From Kondoa subrosea (Eukaryota), in contig BCIN01000006.1 of the NCBI GenBank assembly GCA_039545335.1, forward strand, positions 744,001 through 808,000: DNA of 64,000 bases, read 5' to 3'. The position numbers were made by a program, and so were the translations under genes. Every line of letters begins with the position of its first letter. Positions within the stretch are counted from its first letter, which is position 1. Below are positions 11,278-23,886 of the stretch, one piece after another. The notes beneath the pieces are model-generated. The model saw only the letters and a program-made list of their open reading frames with translations. It was not told the origin of the DNA and did not search any database.

Positions 11278-13577
11278 CTAGGCGGTCTGACGCTTCGTGA
11301 CCATGAAAGTGCCCTGCAGGTGCAGTGTCAGGCAAGGTGCTATCGCCCAGGCAAAGATCTTACCTCATAGCCTGACAATTCGGCGGGAGTGAATGTCTGC
11401 TTTCACATTAGCAAGTAGCGCATTCAGTCAGGTCTGTGCTCACATCTCTCCAGCGTCCAACCAGGGATGGCCCGTTTGGCGTAACATATCCACGATATAG
11501 CCACTGGCCCAAAATGTTAGCTCAACCTCTGAATCAGCGAACAACACTTACTCGACCTCTGCCATCAGGAGTATATTCCTTCGTTAAGGTGAACAAGCCA
11601 TCCCAGGTTCTGACTCGGCCTTGCAGAACAAATTGACCCCAAGCAGAATGACCCTGATGGTTGAGTCAGCCAGTGCCATTGAGAGCCGAGAGAAGCTTAC
11701 AGTTCCCGACAATAGGATTTCGTAATCTTCCTCAGGATCCAACTCAGCAACTTCATCCACTATAACCTTCCTCAATTCTTCCTCCGATGGACCCAAAGCG
11801 CTCAACATCCTTTGTTTGGCCGAATTGGCGGAAAAGTGGGGCGAGTCTAATCCAATCCTTATCCCGCCAAAAATAGTACGTTGCGATTCAGCAAACCCAG
11901 CATTGAGGACACTTCCATTTCCTCCCTCTCGTACGCCCTTGGGCAATCGAATGATAGTCTCCTCCAATCGCCAAACTTGAGGCTGTGAGCGAAATGGACC
12001 TTCATAGAGTGATCGAACTCGACCAGCAAGCATTTCTCTGTACGAATCGAAATCGAAGAAATTGAAAGTTCCCTCAAAAGTGCCTTTGAAATGACCGCGG
12101 AAAAATTGAACTCCCAAATTGTTCTTCACGTATGGTGATCCACATGCTCGTAGTCGAGTGAACTCACGATCGTATAATTCAGATTCGAGTGTAGCCATAG
12201 GCGTTTCTGGAGCCCGAATGCTGAGACTTTGATTTCGATTGGGGAGACCAGGACCGGGGAAGTTGTGCATTAGGTTTTGTGTCTGCATACGAGGTCCAAC
12301 GAAAGCCATGTTATCGTTTTGTCCCGAGGCTTCTGGATCCCGTTCGACGCGGAGAAAGAAGGAAAAGCAAGCTGCCTGAAAAAGAACAGGAGGAGCGATA
12401 TAGAGATCTTGCGATAGATAGCGCAGCTTCTCACCACGTGCTGATGGTAGTCTTGCAGTACGGCGATCAGACATTGGCGAGAACAATATCGAAGGATCTT
12501 CGGCGGATGACTGTTCTATAGGCAAACTTGGCATTGACCAAGGTGCGTAGTACGCAGAGAACTAATTTGCGAATTAGAGAGAACACCTCATTAGGTCGAC
12601 ACCGAGCTCACTTTGTGCGCTGCGAAGACATAAGGCTTCAAGACAAAGAATTTGGCCTCTGCTTCGTCCTGAACTTCCGAGTCGAGATCAGCTGCATTGC
12701 GTCAGAGAGAATGAGCATCGCTGTGTGCCAGCAAGAGAGATGACGCATACCCCTTGTTGTCAGCAGATAGCTCAGGTGGAGTGCCAGACTGCGATCAGTT
12801 GTTTCCGGCGGATATCCTGGCTTTACAGCAGCCGAAACTAGGAGATCGCTAATCAGTCAAAGAGAAGGCAGGACCAAGCGTTGTGTGGACTTACGCAGAT
12901 AGTGTGCATAATATATCTCCAGATATCGCAATAAACGACCATGCTGATGAAGCTGATTCACATTCTTCTCATCTTTGAGCGGGATTAGGACAACTGCTTG
13001 CTTGCTTGGAAAGAGATTCTGTCTCACCATGCTCCAAGACCATCAAATAGGCCGTCCAAAGATCTTGTGTCATTTGTCTTATACCAGCTTCATCGCTAAC
13101 CTTATACAGTAGCCCTTGATGTCCCAAGTTCCGAATCCTAGTCATTGTAATAACCCTTCTCTGATATTCCTCTGCCAAGGTAGATGCCCTCAATGTATCT
13201 CGGCCAAACCTTCGTCCGATAGCTTCTATATCAAACTTTGCCTTGAAGAGCCTGGCATAGAGTCTGTTGTTGTAGCCCGGCGCGAGAAGGCAATGAAAGC
13301 GTTTGGACAGGGAGAAGAAAGATCTCAGATCCGTTGGCGCTGCGTAAGGCACTTCGAGAGCAATTTCGAAAGCTATATGTTCTAGGATCTCTATAGGCAG
13401 GCAGCCTAGTTCAGGTCGTATCATTGGACCTTCAGGACTTGGACTGCGAGCGGAATGGTTTGAGCTGGCATAGCTACTTGCTGAAGAGTATCCCTCGGCT
13501 GGCGATTTCTCGCGGTAATCCAGGATAGCTAAGGGCTCTATGGTAGAGCAGCGTCGCTTTGACGGCCGTCGAGACAT
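11278..13577 (-). CDS. F-box-like domain protein (fungal conserved family)
   Basis: LGCLPIEILEHIAFEI F-box-like motif, LYARLFKAKFD; C-terminal WGQFVLQGRVRTWDGLFT, WLYRGYV, LVGRWRD, GYEGTF. Confidence 0.7.
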
Positions 13578-13799
13578 TGTGAGTCGTAGTTTGTTGGTAA
13601 GCGAGAACAGCATTTCAACAGACCAGGTTCTCGAAGTAGACTTCGGCACACTTCTGTCTCTCGTTCAAAGTTGTGGGGCACCAACTCCAAATGTTCGAGG
13701 AATGCCACTGCAATGCTACAGCCCAGACATAAAGCAGATAGTGTGCGCTACAGTTCCGCAACAACTTCGGCCCATCTACAGCGAAGATCGACCGACCAC

Positions 13800-15426
13800 T
13801 CAACCTTTCATCACAGCAGTCCGAATTCTGAGCGCAACGTCCAGCATCTGCAACTCTTCATCCGCTCCATCACTCAACATCTTATCCGCTTCAGCCAAAA
13901 TCAAGCCAATAGCAGCTTTAGCTCTTGAAGGCAATTCCGGGTTCAGAATCAAAACATCATGAAGCTGATTCTCTTACATCAGCGTGTCATCGGGGTCGAA
14001 CCAAATAGAGCTCACCTGAGAAATGACTTGTGTAGCAGAATAACCTTCTCTTACCACTTTAGTAACCGCAGCTTGAACTTCTTTGAACCCAGAAACTTTC
14101 TTGCTTCCTGATTCTTCAGCGTTGACTCCCATTGCTTGAGTTAATAGATTCATCAAAGAATCAGGTACTACTCCACCAATTTCCAACACACTAGCTTCAT
14201 CAATCCCACCACTTTCTTCTTCCTTTCTTCCATCCATTTCTACATCTTCATCGTTGTTGTCTTGTTTGTTTTTGATAGATGGTGGAAGAGAAGAAGCTAA
14301 TTTACTAGCGCTTTGCAAAAATGTAATAGCTCTTCTTAAATCACCTTCTGAAATTCTGATCAATGATTCCAATGCAGGAACAGATACGTTGATTCCTTCT
14401 GCTGTACAGATATGTTGCAATCGGGATAAAGCGTTTGATGGATCTAAAGGTTTGAACCTGAATTTTGAACATCGAGAAGTAATAGGTTCAATGATCCTTA
14501 AAAAAATATCATCATTCAGTTCCATGAAATGAAGAATTGAGAAAGAGAGGAGAGAGTGGAAGTGGATTTACCTAGTAACGTAGTTGCAACATAAACAGAA
14601 TCTAGTGATTTTGGAATAGTTTTCCATAATTCTTCTTAAGGCAGACTGAGCATCCGAAGTCATTGAATCCGCTTCGTCCAAAATGATGATTTTGTAAGGA
14701 GGACAAGGATAATCAGGATCAGCTTGAGAAACAGCTACTCTTGCGAAATTCTTAATCTTCTCTCTAACGACTGAAATACCTCTTTCGTCTGAAGCGTTGA
14801 GTTCTAGCACTCGAGATTTGAAAGCTCGTGGTCTTGTCATCTTCGCATAAGCCCGATTGTGAGAAAGTGATGGAATAGCTCACCCAAAGAGTTGTTTGGC
14901 TAAAGCCAGAATGGTAGATGTCTTGCCTGTACCTGGTGGACCGTAGAAGAGCATGTGAGGTAGATTAGCGCTCGCCAAAGTCTTCTGCAAAACTTTGATA
15001 GTGTGTTCTTGAGCTGAGACATCTTCGATCGTCTTTGGTCGACTGGACACATCATCATTCAGTAACGCGTAAAGAACTCCAAGTATAGGATGGACTTACT
15101 ATTTCTCGATCCATGGAACAGCAGTAGGATCAATCGTACGCCTCTCCTTTACGTTAATGATAGGCGGTGGTCCGACAGTTTGGACAGGGTTCTTAACAGC
15201 AGGTGGTGATTTGGCTACACGTTTTCTGGCAGGCTTCTCTGTCGCTTCATCGTCATCACTTGCTCGAGCTGCAGCTTTCGAAGTGCTAGCTTTGGCTGGT
15301 TTAGCTTTCTTGGGTGAAACAGCTTTGGGAGCCGCTGGTGTCTTCCTACCGAGCTGAGCAGTGATAGACGTATATAAGCTGTGTACTTAAGAGGCGTGTA
15401 TAAGTGGGACTCACCCAGGCGTCCAT
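13800..15426 (-). CDS. RFC2: Replication factor C small subunit (yeast Rfc2 / human RFC4)
   Basis: [79 protein letters not shown]. Confidence 0.96.
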
Positions 15427-15487
15427 TGTGTTCGTGGATTCAGCTTGACCTTTAACGATCCTATCATTATATCGGATAGCACTCAGA
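15427..15487. promoter_or_regulatory. Very short divergent spacer between RFC2 and PGK1 (probable shared or overlapping promoters)
   Basis: 61 bp between opposing ATGs. Confidence 0.55.
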
Positions 15488-17640
15488 ATGGTCAGCACTC
15501 AGCTGTAGAGCATTCATAGACAGCCTCACTGATTACACCTTATGCACAGTCTTTGTCAAACAAGCTCTCAATTACAGATGTCGAACTCGCCAACAAGCGG
15601 GTTCTCATTCGGTGTGTATTGCTCTGTCCCTTGGCTGTTCCATAGTGCTGAGATATGTCTTCTCAGCGTCGACTTCAACGTTCCTCTAGATGGTGACAAG
15701 ATCACTAATAATGCTGTTCGCTAATCTCGCTCAATCCCGTCTCGTCATGCACATTCTGATTCGTGATACCAGCGTATCGTCGGTGCTCTGCCGACTATCA
15801 AATATGCATTGGAACACAGTGCGTTGCCGTACAGACGAATCAGCTTGTCGCTGATTACGAGATGTCGGGAGCACAGAGGCCAAAGCTGTTATTCTCATGT
15901 CTCACTTGGGTAGACCAGATGGTCAAGTTCAATCCAAGTACAGTTTGAAACCTATTGCTGCCGAATTAGAAAAACGTGGGCTTCCGATACTTCGATTAAT
16001 GAGCGTGTTGCTCATCCGAAGTTCGCGTTGAGCACAGTTCTAAACAAGAAAATCAACTTCCTTTCAGACTGTGTTGGTCCAGAAGTAGAAAAGACATGCA
16101 AGAACGCTTCAGATGGTGAAATGTGCGTCTGATCAAGCGGTAAAGAAGTTTCCCTTCTAATCGCCCTTGGTCGGTGTACAGCATCCTACTGGAGAACTTG
16201 CGCTTCCATATTGAAGAAGAAGGCTCTTCAAAAGATAAAGAAGGCAAGAAGACTAAGGCTGATCCCAAAAAGGTCGAAGAATTCAGAAAGAGCTTGACCG
16301 TTTGCTACTACCTTCTCAATCTCGTCTGAATACTGACACATCAAACAGGCTCTGGCTGATGTCTGTGAGTTGTGGTGAATATTGAATGTGATTGCACGCA
16401 TTAAGAACACCAATTTCACAGATGTCAACGACGCCTTCGGAACCGCTCATCGCGCTCATTCATCAATGGTCGGCGTTGAGCTCGAACAGAAAGCATCAGG
16501 ATTCTTAATGAAGAAAGAATTAGAATTCTTCGCCAAGTAAGCCTGCGCTGCGGTTTGCAATGTTTCGCTTAACACTCGAACTATTTTTGACAGAGCATTG
16601 GAGAACCCTGAAAGACCTTTCTTAGCTATTCTAGGAGGAGCTAAAGTTTCGGATAAGATTCAATTGATTGAGAATCTTTTGGATAAAGTGGATAAACTCA
16701 TCGTTTGCGGTGGAATGGCTTTCACTTTCAAGAAGACATTAGACAACATGTCGTATGTTTCTCTTCTCTCTCACGAAGTACGATATACTAAGACTAAAGT
16801 GGTCAGCATCGGTAATTCACTCTTTGATAAAGATGGAGCAGGAAAAGTGAAGGATCTCATGGAAAAAGCAAAGAAGAACAATGTGGAAATGATCTTCCCT
16901 GTGGATTACGTTACGGGAGACAAGTTCTCCAAAGATGCCGAAGTTGGGAAAGCGACCGATGCGGAAGGAATTAAAGATGGTTGGATGGGTTTGGATGCGT
17001 GCGTTGAAGTTTCGTTACCCGTCAACAGGGTATTTACTGATTGATGAGTCGATAATAGTGGTGACAAGAGTCGGGAAGCCTTCAAGAAAGCTATTAGCGA
17101 AAGCAAGACTATCTTATGGTTCGTTGGTTCACTTTGTCGTGCTCGATTACGAGCTAAACAAGTCGGGCACGAACAGGAACGGACCTGCTGGTGTCTTTGA
17201 ATTCGAAAACTTTGCTGGTGGTAGCAAAGCTACTCTTGATGCTTGCATTGATGCCGCCAAGAATGGCGCGACTGTAATCATTGGTACATCTCTCCTATTG
17301 TCAGGCGGGAAACATAACTGAAAAGCGATCACAGGTGGTGGTGATACCGCTACCGTTGTTGCTAGTGAGACTTTGTTCAGGCATCAGAAACAAGCGGCGT
17401 TGATGAGTTGTTTTCAGACTATAAGGCAGAAGATCAGCTTTCCCATGTCAGCACTGGTGGAGGGTGAGTGCCGGAGATCGGGATCACTGTCAGTACTGAT
17501 TTGCTGCTCCTTCGTCCACAGAGCAAGTTTGGAATTGCTCGAGGGAAAGGTCAGCTCGATCATTCGGCTTGTATCATTGCTGAGATCTGGGATAGAACTT
17601 GCCCGGTGTGGCTGCACTCTCGGAGAAGAGCAAGCTATGA
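15488..17640 (+). CDS. PGK1: Phosphoglycerate kinase (about 16 introns; first coding exon is ATG only; ends in SKL)
   Basis: [96 protein letters not shown]. Confidence 0.98.
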
Positions 17641-18084
17641 GTTGTTCTTTTCTAAAAATATTAGATGCAAGACAAAAACGGTTTGTTCAGCAGCAGCTTT
17701 CTCCTTGACTTCTTCTTGACCTTGGAGTCTGTTGATACCTCCTCATAGCTTCGTACCATCAGAGTTATCCTTCTCACACTTTAGCTCTTTCGCATCCGCT
17801 GTCTATTAACTATTCATCGAGGCACAGGTCTACTTTCTGCCGATTCTCTCTCTTTCCCTGCTGGCTTTGTGATGCTCATATAATTCTCCGCGTCATAGAC
17901 TGCCACGGCAGACTTATCCTGCTGCAGTTGTTAACAGATAAGTTCGAGCAGGCGCTAGAAGCGGTTGTACGCCAAATTCGAGAGAGACGTATACACAGCT
18001 TAGCTTACACAAATATTACATGACGCTTGGGCATTTCGAGGTATTTTGGGGCCTATCTGAGCACCTATTACATAGATTCGTCAT

Positions 18085-18720
18085 ACCAATTGTAGATGCA
18101 TAACATGGCGGAGCATCGCTATGGGCCTTGGTTAGAAGTATGCAACAAGCGCAAGCAGGTGAAATAAAACTTACCTACATTCCCATCGCTCAAAGGCTAT
18201 ACGATAACCTCCAACAATTGTCTTCATGCCTGGTCCAGGATTTAAGCCATACCGAAGGTCGAGCATCTTGGAAATAGGGACTCCTGAGAACGTGAGCGGT
18301 ATCTGACACTCTGCTTTAGCGACGGAAATTTCGGCGGGGATGACAGTCGTACAGGTCGAAGAGGATGCGAGTCCAAAATGATAATGAGGACATCTATTGC
18401 ATTTCTCAATCAAGGATGAGATGGATTTGGTCCTCAAACACATGACATACCGATAAAAGTATAAACCTGGTTCATCAACAGACATCAGTAAAGCACGCTC
18501 AAGAGAAAGCCTGTCAAAGAAGACATCCGACCTGGAGTTCCTGATCAAGTAGAGGTTTCTGCAACCAACATTTCCTTGCATACATCAGATCCTTCTCCAT
18601 GACTTGCAATTCTTTCCGTTTCCGTTCCAGCACCGACTTCTTCACTTTGAAACCATATATTGTATAAGACCGCGTAGGATGTTGTAGCAGTAAAGATCAT
18701 CTTGAACTTCTGGCATGGCT
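18085..18720 (-). CDS. Hypothetical protein
   Basis: Minus-strand ORF fragments flanked by GT-AG sites; no recognised motif; model uncertain. Confidence 0.3.
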
Positions 18721-18845
18721 GATGGGGTTGAAAGTTATCGTGAGTAAGAGTATCGCGAATTGCGGTGTTCGACCGCTTGAGGCACAACAGGACAGGGCAG
18801 ATTTGGAAAAGTCGGACTGGACCATTGCTGTTCCTCGCGGTTGCA

Positions 18846-19452
18846 TTATGCACTTTCTCCATCGAAAGTCCAACCTGCAGCAATCAATGCTTCTTTTGCC
18901 CTTTCGAACTTGTTCGATTTAACGGCTACGACTGGTTTGCGGCGATCAGGTATAAGCTTTTCTCCTTTGGGTGTCTCATATCGTTTTGTTTTCTGACTTA
19001 CAATCAGTATCGTAAGTTGATTCGGCCATGATTGCTATCTGTGCTTCTTTCAGCACTTTCGTGATTTCATACAGGATACCTATTTTGTATCTCTCAAGTT
19101 CTGTTTGATACGCGTAAGGAAAGAACTTACCGGTCAAAGCTAAATTGAGTGGTCCTCTGATCCGAAAACAAGAGTATGGACCTTCTTCTGCCAGCAGGGT
19201 GTATCTCTCAGATTCATCGAGTTGAATGGAAGTGAATATCGATAGCTCTGTTGGAGTTCTAGTGACTGAAAGGAAGGTAGGCGAAGAGGGCGCGTCTACC
19301 AGCTGGGATTTGGGTAAAGCAGAAGTAGGTGACAATTGATAAAGCCAAAGTTGCTGTGGTAGAGCTGTCAGATGCAATTCGGGTGCAGAAAGCTGTAATA
19401 AGTCCGTTAGATGTGTCGGCTGGGTCTATCAAGGACTTACATCTAGTGACAT
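18846..19452 (-). CDS. Small tandem-ACT domain protein (CASTOR/ACT_7-like)
   Basis: FLSVTRTPTELSI, FRIRGPLNLALTG|ILYEITKVLKEAQIAIMAESTYDTD|FVAVKSNKFERAKEALIAAGW. Confidence 0.82.
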
Positions 19453-19520
19453 GACGTTTGACTCGCTCGACCTGGAGCAAGGTTGTCCTTTAACCAATAC
19501 CTCCGAGACTATTCAGCGAG
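19453..19520. promoter_or_regulatory. Very short divergent spacer between the ACT-domain gene and CMR1
   Basis: 68 bp between opposing ATGs. Confidence 0.5.
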
Positions 19521-21706
19521 ATGGCTACAGATCTAGAGCGTGAGCTTTTCTCGGCATTGGTTCACAGCAGTGCTCAATTGGAATCACGCGTTGCAGAAAT
19601 CCGATTGGACAACATTCGAGCGAATCAAGAGTTACTGGCTTCCTTGAATCTACCTACTCTTGCGCCTGAGAAAAAGCCAAAGAAATCTTCTGCTGCTGCT
19701 GCTAAAAAGCGAAAGGACAAAGAGGAATCTCCAGCTGTACCTAGTAAGTCTCTTATTTATCGCATTCCTCATGCAGGCCATCGATTGACTAGGCATTCCC
19801 TTCATCTAGCCCGTCGGAGTGCTAGACACTCAACTGTCATTCAAACCGATCCAGAAGAAGCTGAAAAGGTTAAGAAACGTCAGCGTGAAGAAGAAGATGC
19901 GATAGAAGCAGCTATAGCAGCAGCGAAACGAGCAAGACATGAGGATCGCACAGTTGAAGTCGTCTACAAGTCTGGTCGGGACTGGAAAACTGAGAACGAG
20001 GAATTGAGAAGTTTGAATTCGCTCAAAGATGTCTTTGCTGGTCTTTTGAAACCAATCAAAACCGAGAAAAGGGAACCAAAGAAAGTCAATAAAGACGTAC
20101 AGTGGTTAACGGATCAAGTCAAAGATCTTGTCTTGAGGAAAACGGAGAAAGTCTGCCCAGAACGATGTTATTCTTTATTGGTGCACCCTACATTGGATAA
20201 AGATCTGGTTTTCTACGGTGATAAATCTGGATCTTTGGGAATATGCGATGCTTTAATGCCTGAACCGGATGAAGAAGATGATGATGAAGCTACAACGGGC
20301 ATAAAATCAAGTTGGGCAATTCGAGCTCATGCGAGATCTTCAATCAGCTGTATCCGCTTGAACCCGAAAAATCCTCGTGTAGTGAGTATCTCTTCCTTTC
20401 TGCCAATTCAGGATTCTAATTGTAGATAGGTCTATACTGCTGGCTATGATTGCACTCTTCGCTCCATTGATTTCGAAACGCATAATACAACAGAAATAGT
20501 TGATGCTGATTTACTGGCTGCTGAACTTTACGGATCGGGAGAAGCCTTACTGAGCGGTTTCGATGTGACTTCGGATGGTAACGAACTTTGGAGTAGGTGA
20601 TCCCAGATATCGAGCTCTTTATAAGCTCAAATTCTATGGTCTCTACAGTCTCTGACAATCGGGGAGGTGTCACGCATCATGATGTACGGCAAAGAAAATC
20701 TGAAGCTGAGCGATGGCAGATCTCAATAAACAAAGTTGGCTGGTGAGCGACTTAAATGCATTTAGTCAAGCTTGACTAAGGCACTTAGTTCATCACAGCA
20801 TATCGCTCAACCCTGCTAACGAGAACCTACTCGTCACGGCGCATCTCAATCGCGATATGAGGTCAGTCGAGGTCTACGAGTATCAGGATTTCCTTCCCTG
20901 ATATTCCAGCACTTCCGGCTGACAGGGTGTATGATGTCCGCAAACTATCTTCTTGTGCGACAGACATGGGTAGGGACGATATCAGCGAACAAAGTGTTTT
21001 GGCAGAATACACTCATGGCAAAGCTTGCTGTAAGTTTCTACGACTGCTGGATTTCTCACATGCTGATCGAGATCTTAGCGTCCGCGTACTTTGATCCTTC
21101 TGGCCGATACATTCTATCTACTTCTTATGATGATAAGATGCGAAGTACGTTGTAACCGCATGCTTTTGCTGAATGCCCAGCTCAGCCAGTGGTCTTCGAT
21201 GTACAGTATGGGATATCAACCCTCAGAAATTCCGTTCTTCTTCAGCCGATGAAGATTTCGAACCAACCCGGACTATCAAGCACGACAATCAAACGGGTCG
21301 CTACGTTTCTGTCTTCAAAGCTCAATGGTCACCTAATTCAAATGTGGTCTCTCATTGGACTAGCGGAAATATGAAACGCTCTATTGATATTTACGCATAT
21401 GATGGAACGGTTTGCGCGCAGTTGTATGATGCTAATCAGATCACCGCTGTTCCGTGAGTTTCCTTTTGAGCCCTGAAGCGGAGTCCGAAGTGATGATTTT
21501 ATGCAGGGCGGTCACGGCTAGTCATCCGATCAGAGTGGATAGAGCCTATGGAGGGTGAGTATTCAAATTCTCGTCAATACATCGCGAATCTCACATGAGA
21601 TTGTAGAAACGGATCAGGCAAGCTTTATGCTTGGGCTCCGGCGGAAGAGAATGAGTTGCTCGAAGAAGCGAAAGCTGAAGAATTAATTAAGGAGGAGATG
21701 GAATGA
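19521..21706 (+). CDS. CMR1: WD-repeat DNA damage-binding protein Cmr1/WDR76
   Basis: RLDNIRANQELLASL N-terminus, KVCPERCYSLLVHPTLDKDLVFYGDKSGSLGI, STSYDD, HDNQTGRYVSVFKAQW, GNMKRSIDIY, ITAVPAVTASHP. Confidence 0.9.
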
Positions 21707-21854
21707 GATTCAGGTCATAGGAGTAGGACCCTCGGAAGGGAGTTCAGTAATGTCCAAAAGCAGCTTCAACTTCAATGTACTATTAATGCAGACCTGAGTG
21801 TTGCTTTGGAAATTACTTCTTGCTTTCGACCGCGAAGATTTGAATGCCTCATGG

Positions 21855-23495
21855 ATGCGCTCAAGCTTCCTGCAATCATTACGCCATGTAGCTCCACCAA
21901 CTCTGAAGCCCACTTTGAGCAAACCTTCAATCCGTAGAAAAGTGCGTGAAGCTATCGTTAAGGGCGAAATCAGACAAGCAGTAGATCTAAGCTTACAAGC
22001 AAAAGAGGGGAAAGATCTAGCACACAATCTGACGACCTTGGCTTCATCTGGACAGAGCGCAGCAACCTTGAAATTATTCTCAGTTTGGCTTGACCGAAGT
22101 CAACTTGGCTCTGTAGCTGCTCCTGATCTAGCGACATGGACAACTGTCTTCCAATTGGGCTTCGCAAGTATCTTATGCGATGGAGAGGCAACTCAATCAA
22201 TTCTTGAGTATTCTTTGAATTGCTGTCGAGAGAAGTCTTGGCCGGATCAGCGATCTTTAGCGCTCGTTATCAATAGATTTGGTCGCTTGATCAAATTCGA
22301 GGAAGCTCAATGGGTCTTTGAAGCCGCAAGGACGAGCTACGGTTTTCAGCTTAAGCCCGAAGTTTGGAAAGCTATGATGACGGTGTATGGCATGCAAGGA
22401 GATTTACCAAAAGTGCAAGAGCTATTTAACATCTGGCGAAAACAGAAGTCAAGACAGGAGAAAGATCCACTTTGCTATTGGGCAATGCTTCATCAGATAT
22501 CTTCCCTCGAACCGTGTAACTCCAAGGCAATCATGTACGTTCTGAGAAGAGCCGATGAAGACGAAGTGGTGCTCAATCAAATAGCACTGGAGACGCTTAT
22601 GTCTAGCTATCTGAAGACGGGGCAACCACAATCTGCCGTCAAGCTGTACCAATACATCATGCAGCTACCAGGCTATCAACCTTCTTCTAGAGTCTTCAGT
22701 AATGCTCTACTAGTCGCCAAGCAAGCTGTGGAAAAGCCCGACATGCCTGATCTTCACAATAATCCTGCTCGCTCGACTTATAACCTGAAAAGAACTCTCT
22801 CGGCTCCCAATAGACTTCCAGTCCTGGCATCTGATCAGTATAGTAGCCAAACATTTACGCCTGCATCGATCATCAAGAGCCTTCTTTCCGCTCACTGTTC
22901 AGCCCATAACTCCAAACCCCATCTTCAAGAAATGTCACTCGTGTATCGCCCTGTTCTAACATCCTCTGTCTTATCCAAAGCCCTATCATTATCTGTCTCG
23001 ATTTCAGATTACCCGGCTTGTTCAGTTCTCATACAATATGCCACGCTGATGAAAATTCCATTCCCTCAATCTCTCATTACCAAGTTCGTAGCAGATATTC
23101 ATAGAGCTTACGTCTTCCATCGAATTGGTTTACCTACTTGGCAAGAAATGGGTCTACCAAAAGGGAATCGGAAATTGGAAAGAAACAAAGCGTTGTTTTA
23201 TTCATTTGCTGAGAAATCAATGGGCAAGAAGAGGGATATGGGACTTTTGGTCAAAGACTGTGCGATTCAGAACCGGTTGGCCAGAAGTGGGGAAGAAAAG
23301 CAAGAATTGGAGGAATTGTGGGAAGAAGCCGTTCAGAAAAGATGGGAAGAATTGGTCCCTTTTGAGCTTATGGATCAATTGAAGAGTAGTGGTGAGAAGA
23401 AGAGGATTGATCTAGGTGAAGCGAAAAGAGGTGCTTTGTATTTGGAAGAGCGAAAAATCAGGTATGTCAAGCTGTGTTCAAGCTCTTGCATGTGA
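21855..23495 (+). CDS. Pentatricopeptide repeat (PPR) protein, probably mitochondrial
   Basis: Intronless ORF with helical repeats such as VWKAMMTVYGMQGDLPKVQELFNIW and ALETLMSSYLKTGQPQSAVKLYQYI; basic presequence-like N-terminus MRSSFLQSLRH. Confidence 0.75.
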   Translation: MRSSFLQSLRHVAPPTLKPTLSKPSIRRKVREAIVKGEIRQAVDLSLQAKEGKDLAHNLTTLASSGQSAATLKLFSVWLDRSQLGSVAAPDLATWTTVFQLGFASILCDGEATQSILEYSLNCCREKSWPDQRSLALVINRFGRLIKFEEAQWVFEAARTSYGFQLKPEVWKAMMTVYGMQGDLPKVQELFNIWRKQKSRQEKDPLCYWAMLHQISSLEPCNSKAIMYVLRRADEDEVVLNQIALETLMSSYLKTGQPQSAVKLYQYIMQLPGYQPSSRVFSNALLVAKQAVEKPDMPDLHNNPARSTYNLKRTLSAPNRLPVLASDQYSSQTFTPASIIKSLLSAHCSAHNSKPHLQEMSLVYRPVLTSSVLSKALSLSVSISDYPACSVLIQYATLMKIPFPQSLITKFVADIHRAYVFHRIGLPTWQEMGLPKGNRKLERNKALFYSFAEKSMGKKRDMGLLVKDCAIQNRLARSGEEKQELEELWEEAVQKRWEELVPFELMDQLKSSGEKKRIDLGEAKRGALYLEERKIRYVKLCSSSCM

Positions 23496-23886
23496 TTGAC
23501 TTCCATGAATACAGACGAAAGATCCAACGCGAAGCTCAACGACTCGCACTGCAGATTAAGTCTGATAGATCTGAAAACACAACACATTGAACTGCAATCA
23601 AGCATCGCGTTCAGCTGACGCAATGCTGCTTGCGGCAGTACGGCCAAGCCCCAGCAATTCCTATTGATCTGCTCATGAGAAGAGCGGGTCGATTAGAGTG
23701 AAAGGCTGAAATGCCAAGACCGGAATGGAAATTCTGTCCAGCTTTAGCTCTGAACTCTGGCTTCGATTCATCTCTTTCCGCAACAACGACCTATTGCTGT
23801 ATTTTCAGGGCAAGCTGGCACAGACCGATTGCGGCTTGAATTGCATCAGCGAAAGACAATATTGATATCTTAATCTTGGGAACAGA

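Noticed and set aside
17630..17664. Alternative GC-AG intron (gcaagc...tattag) that would remove SKL from PGK
   Set aside because: Only 35 nt, shorter than other introns here, with a weak donor context; cannot be supported without transcripts
18085..19452. Fusion of the ACT protein with the downstream minus-strand ORFs
   Set aside because: The ACT gene has a natural stop (TAA at 18848-18846) after AAGWTFDGESA
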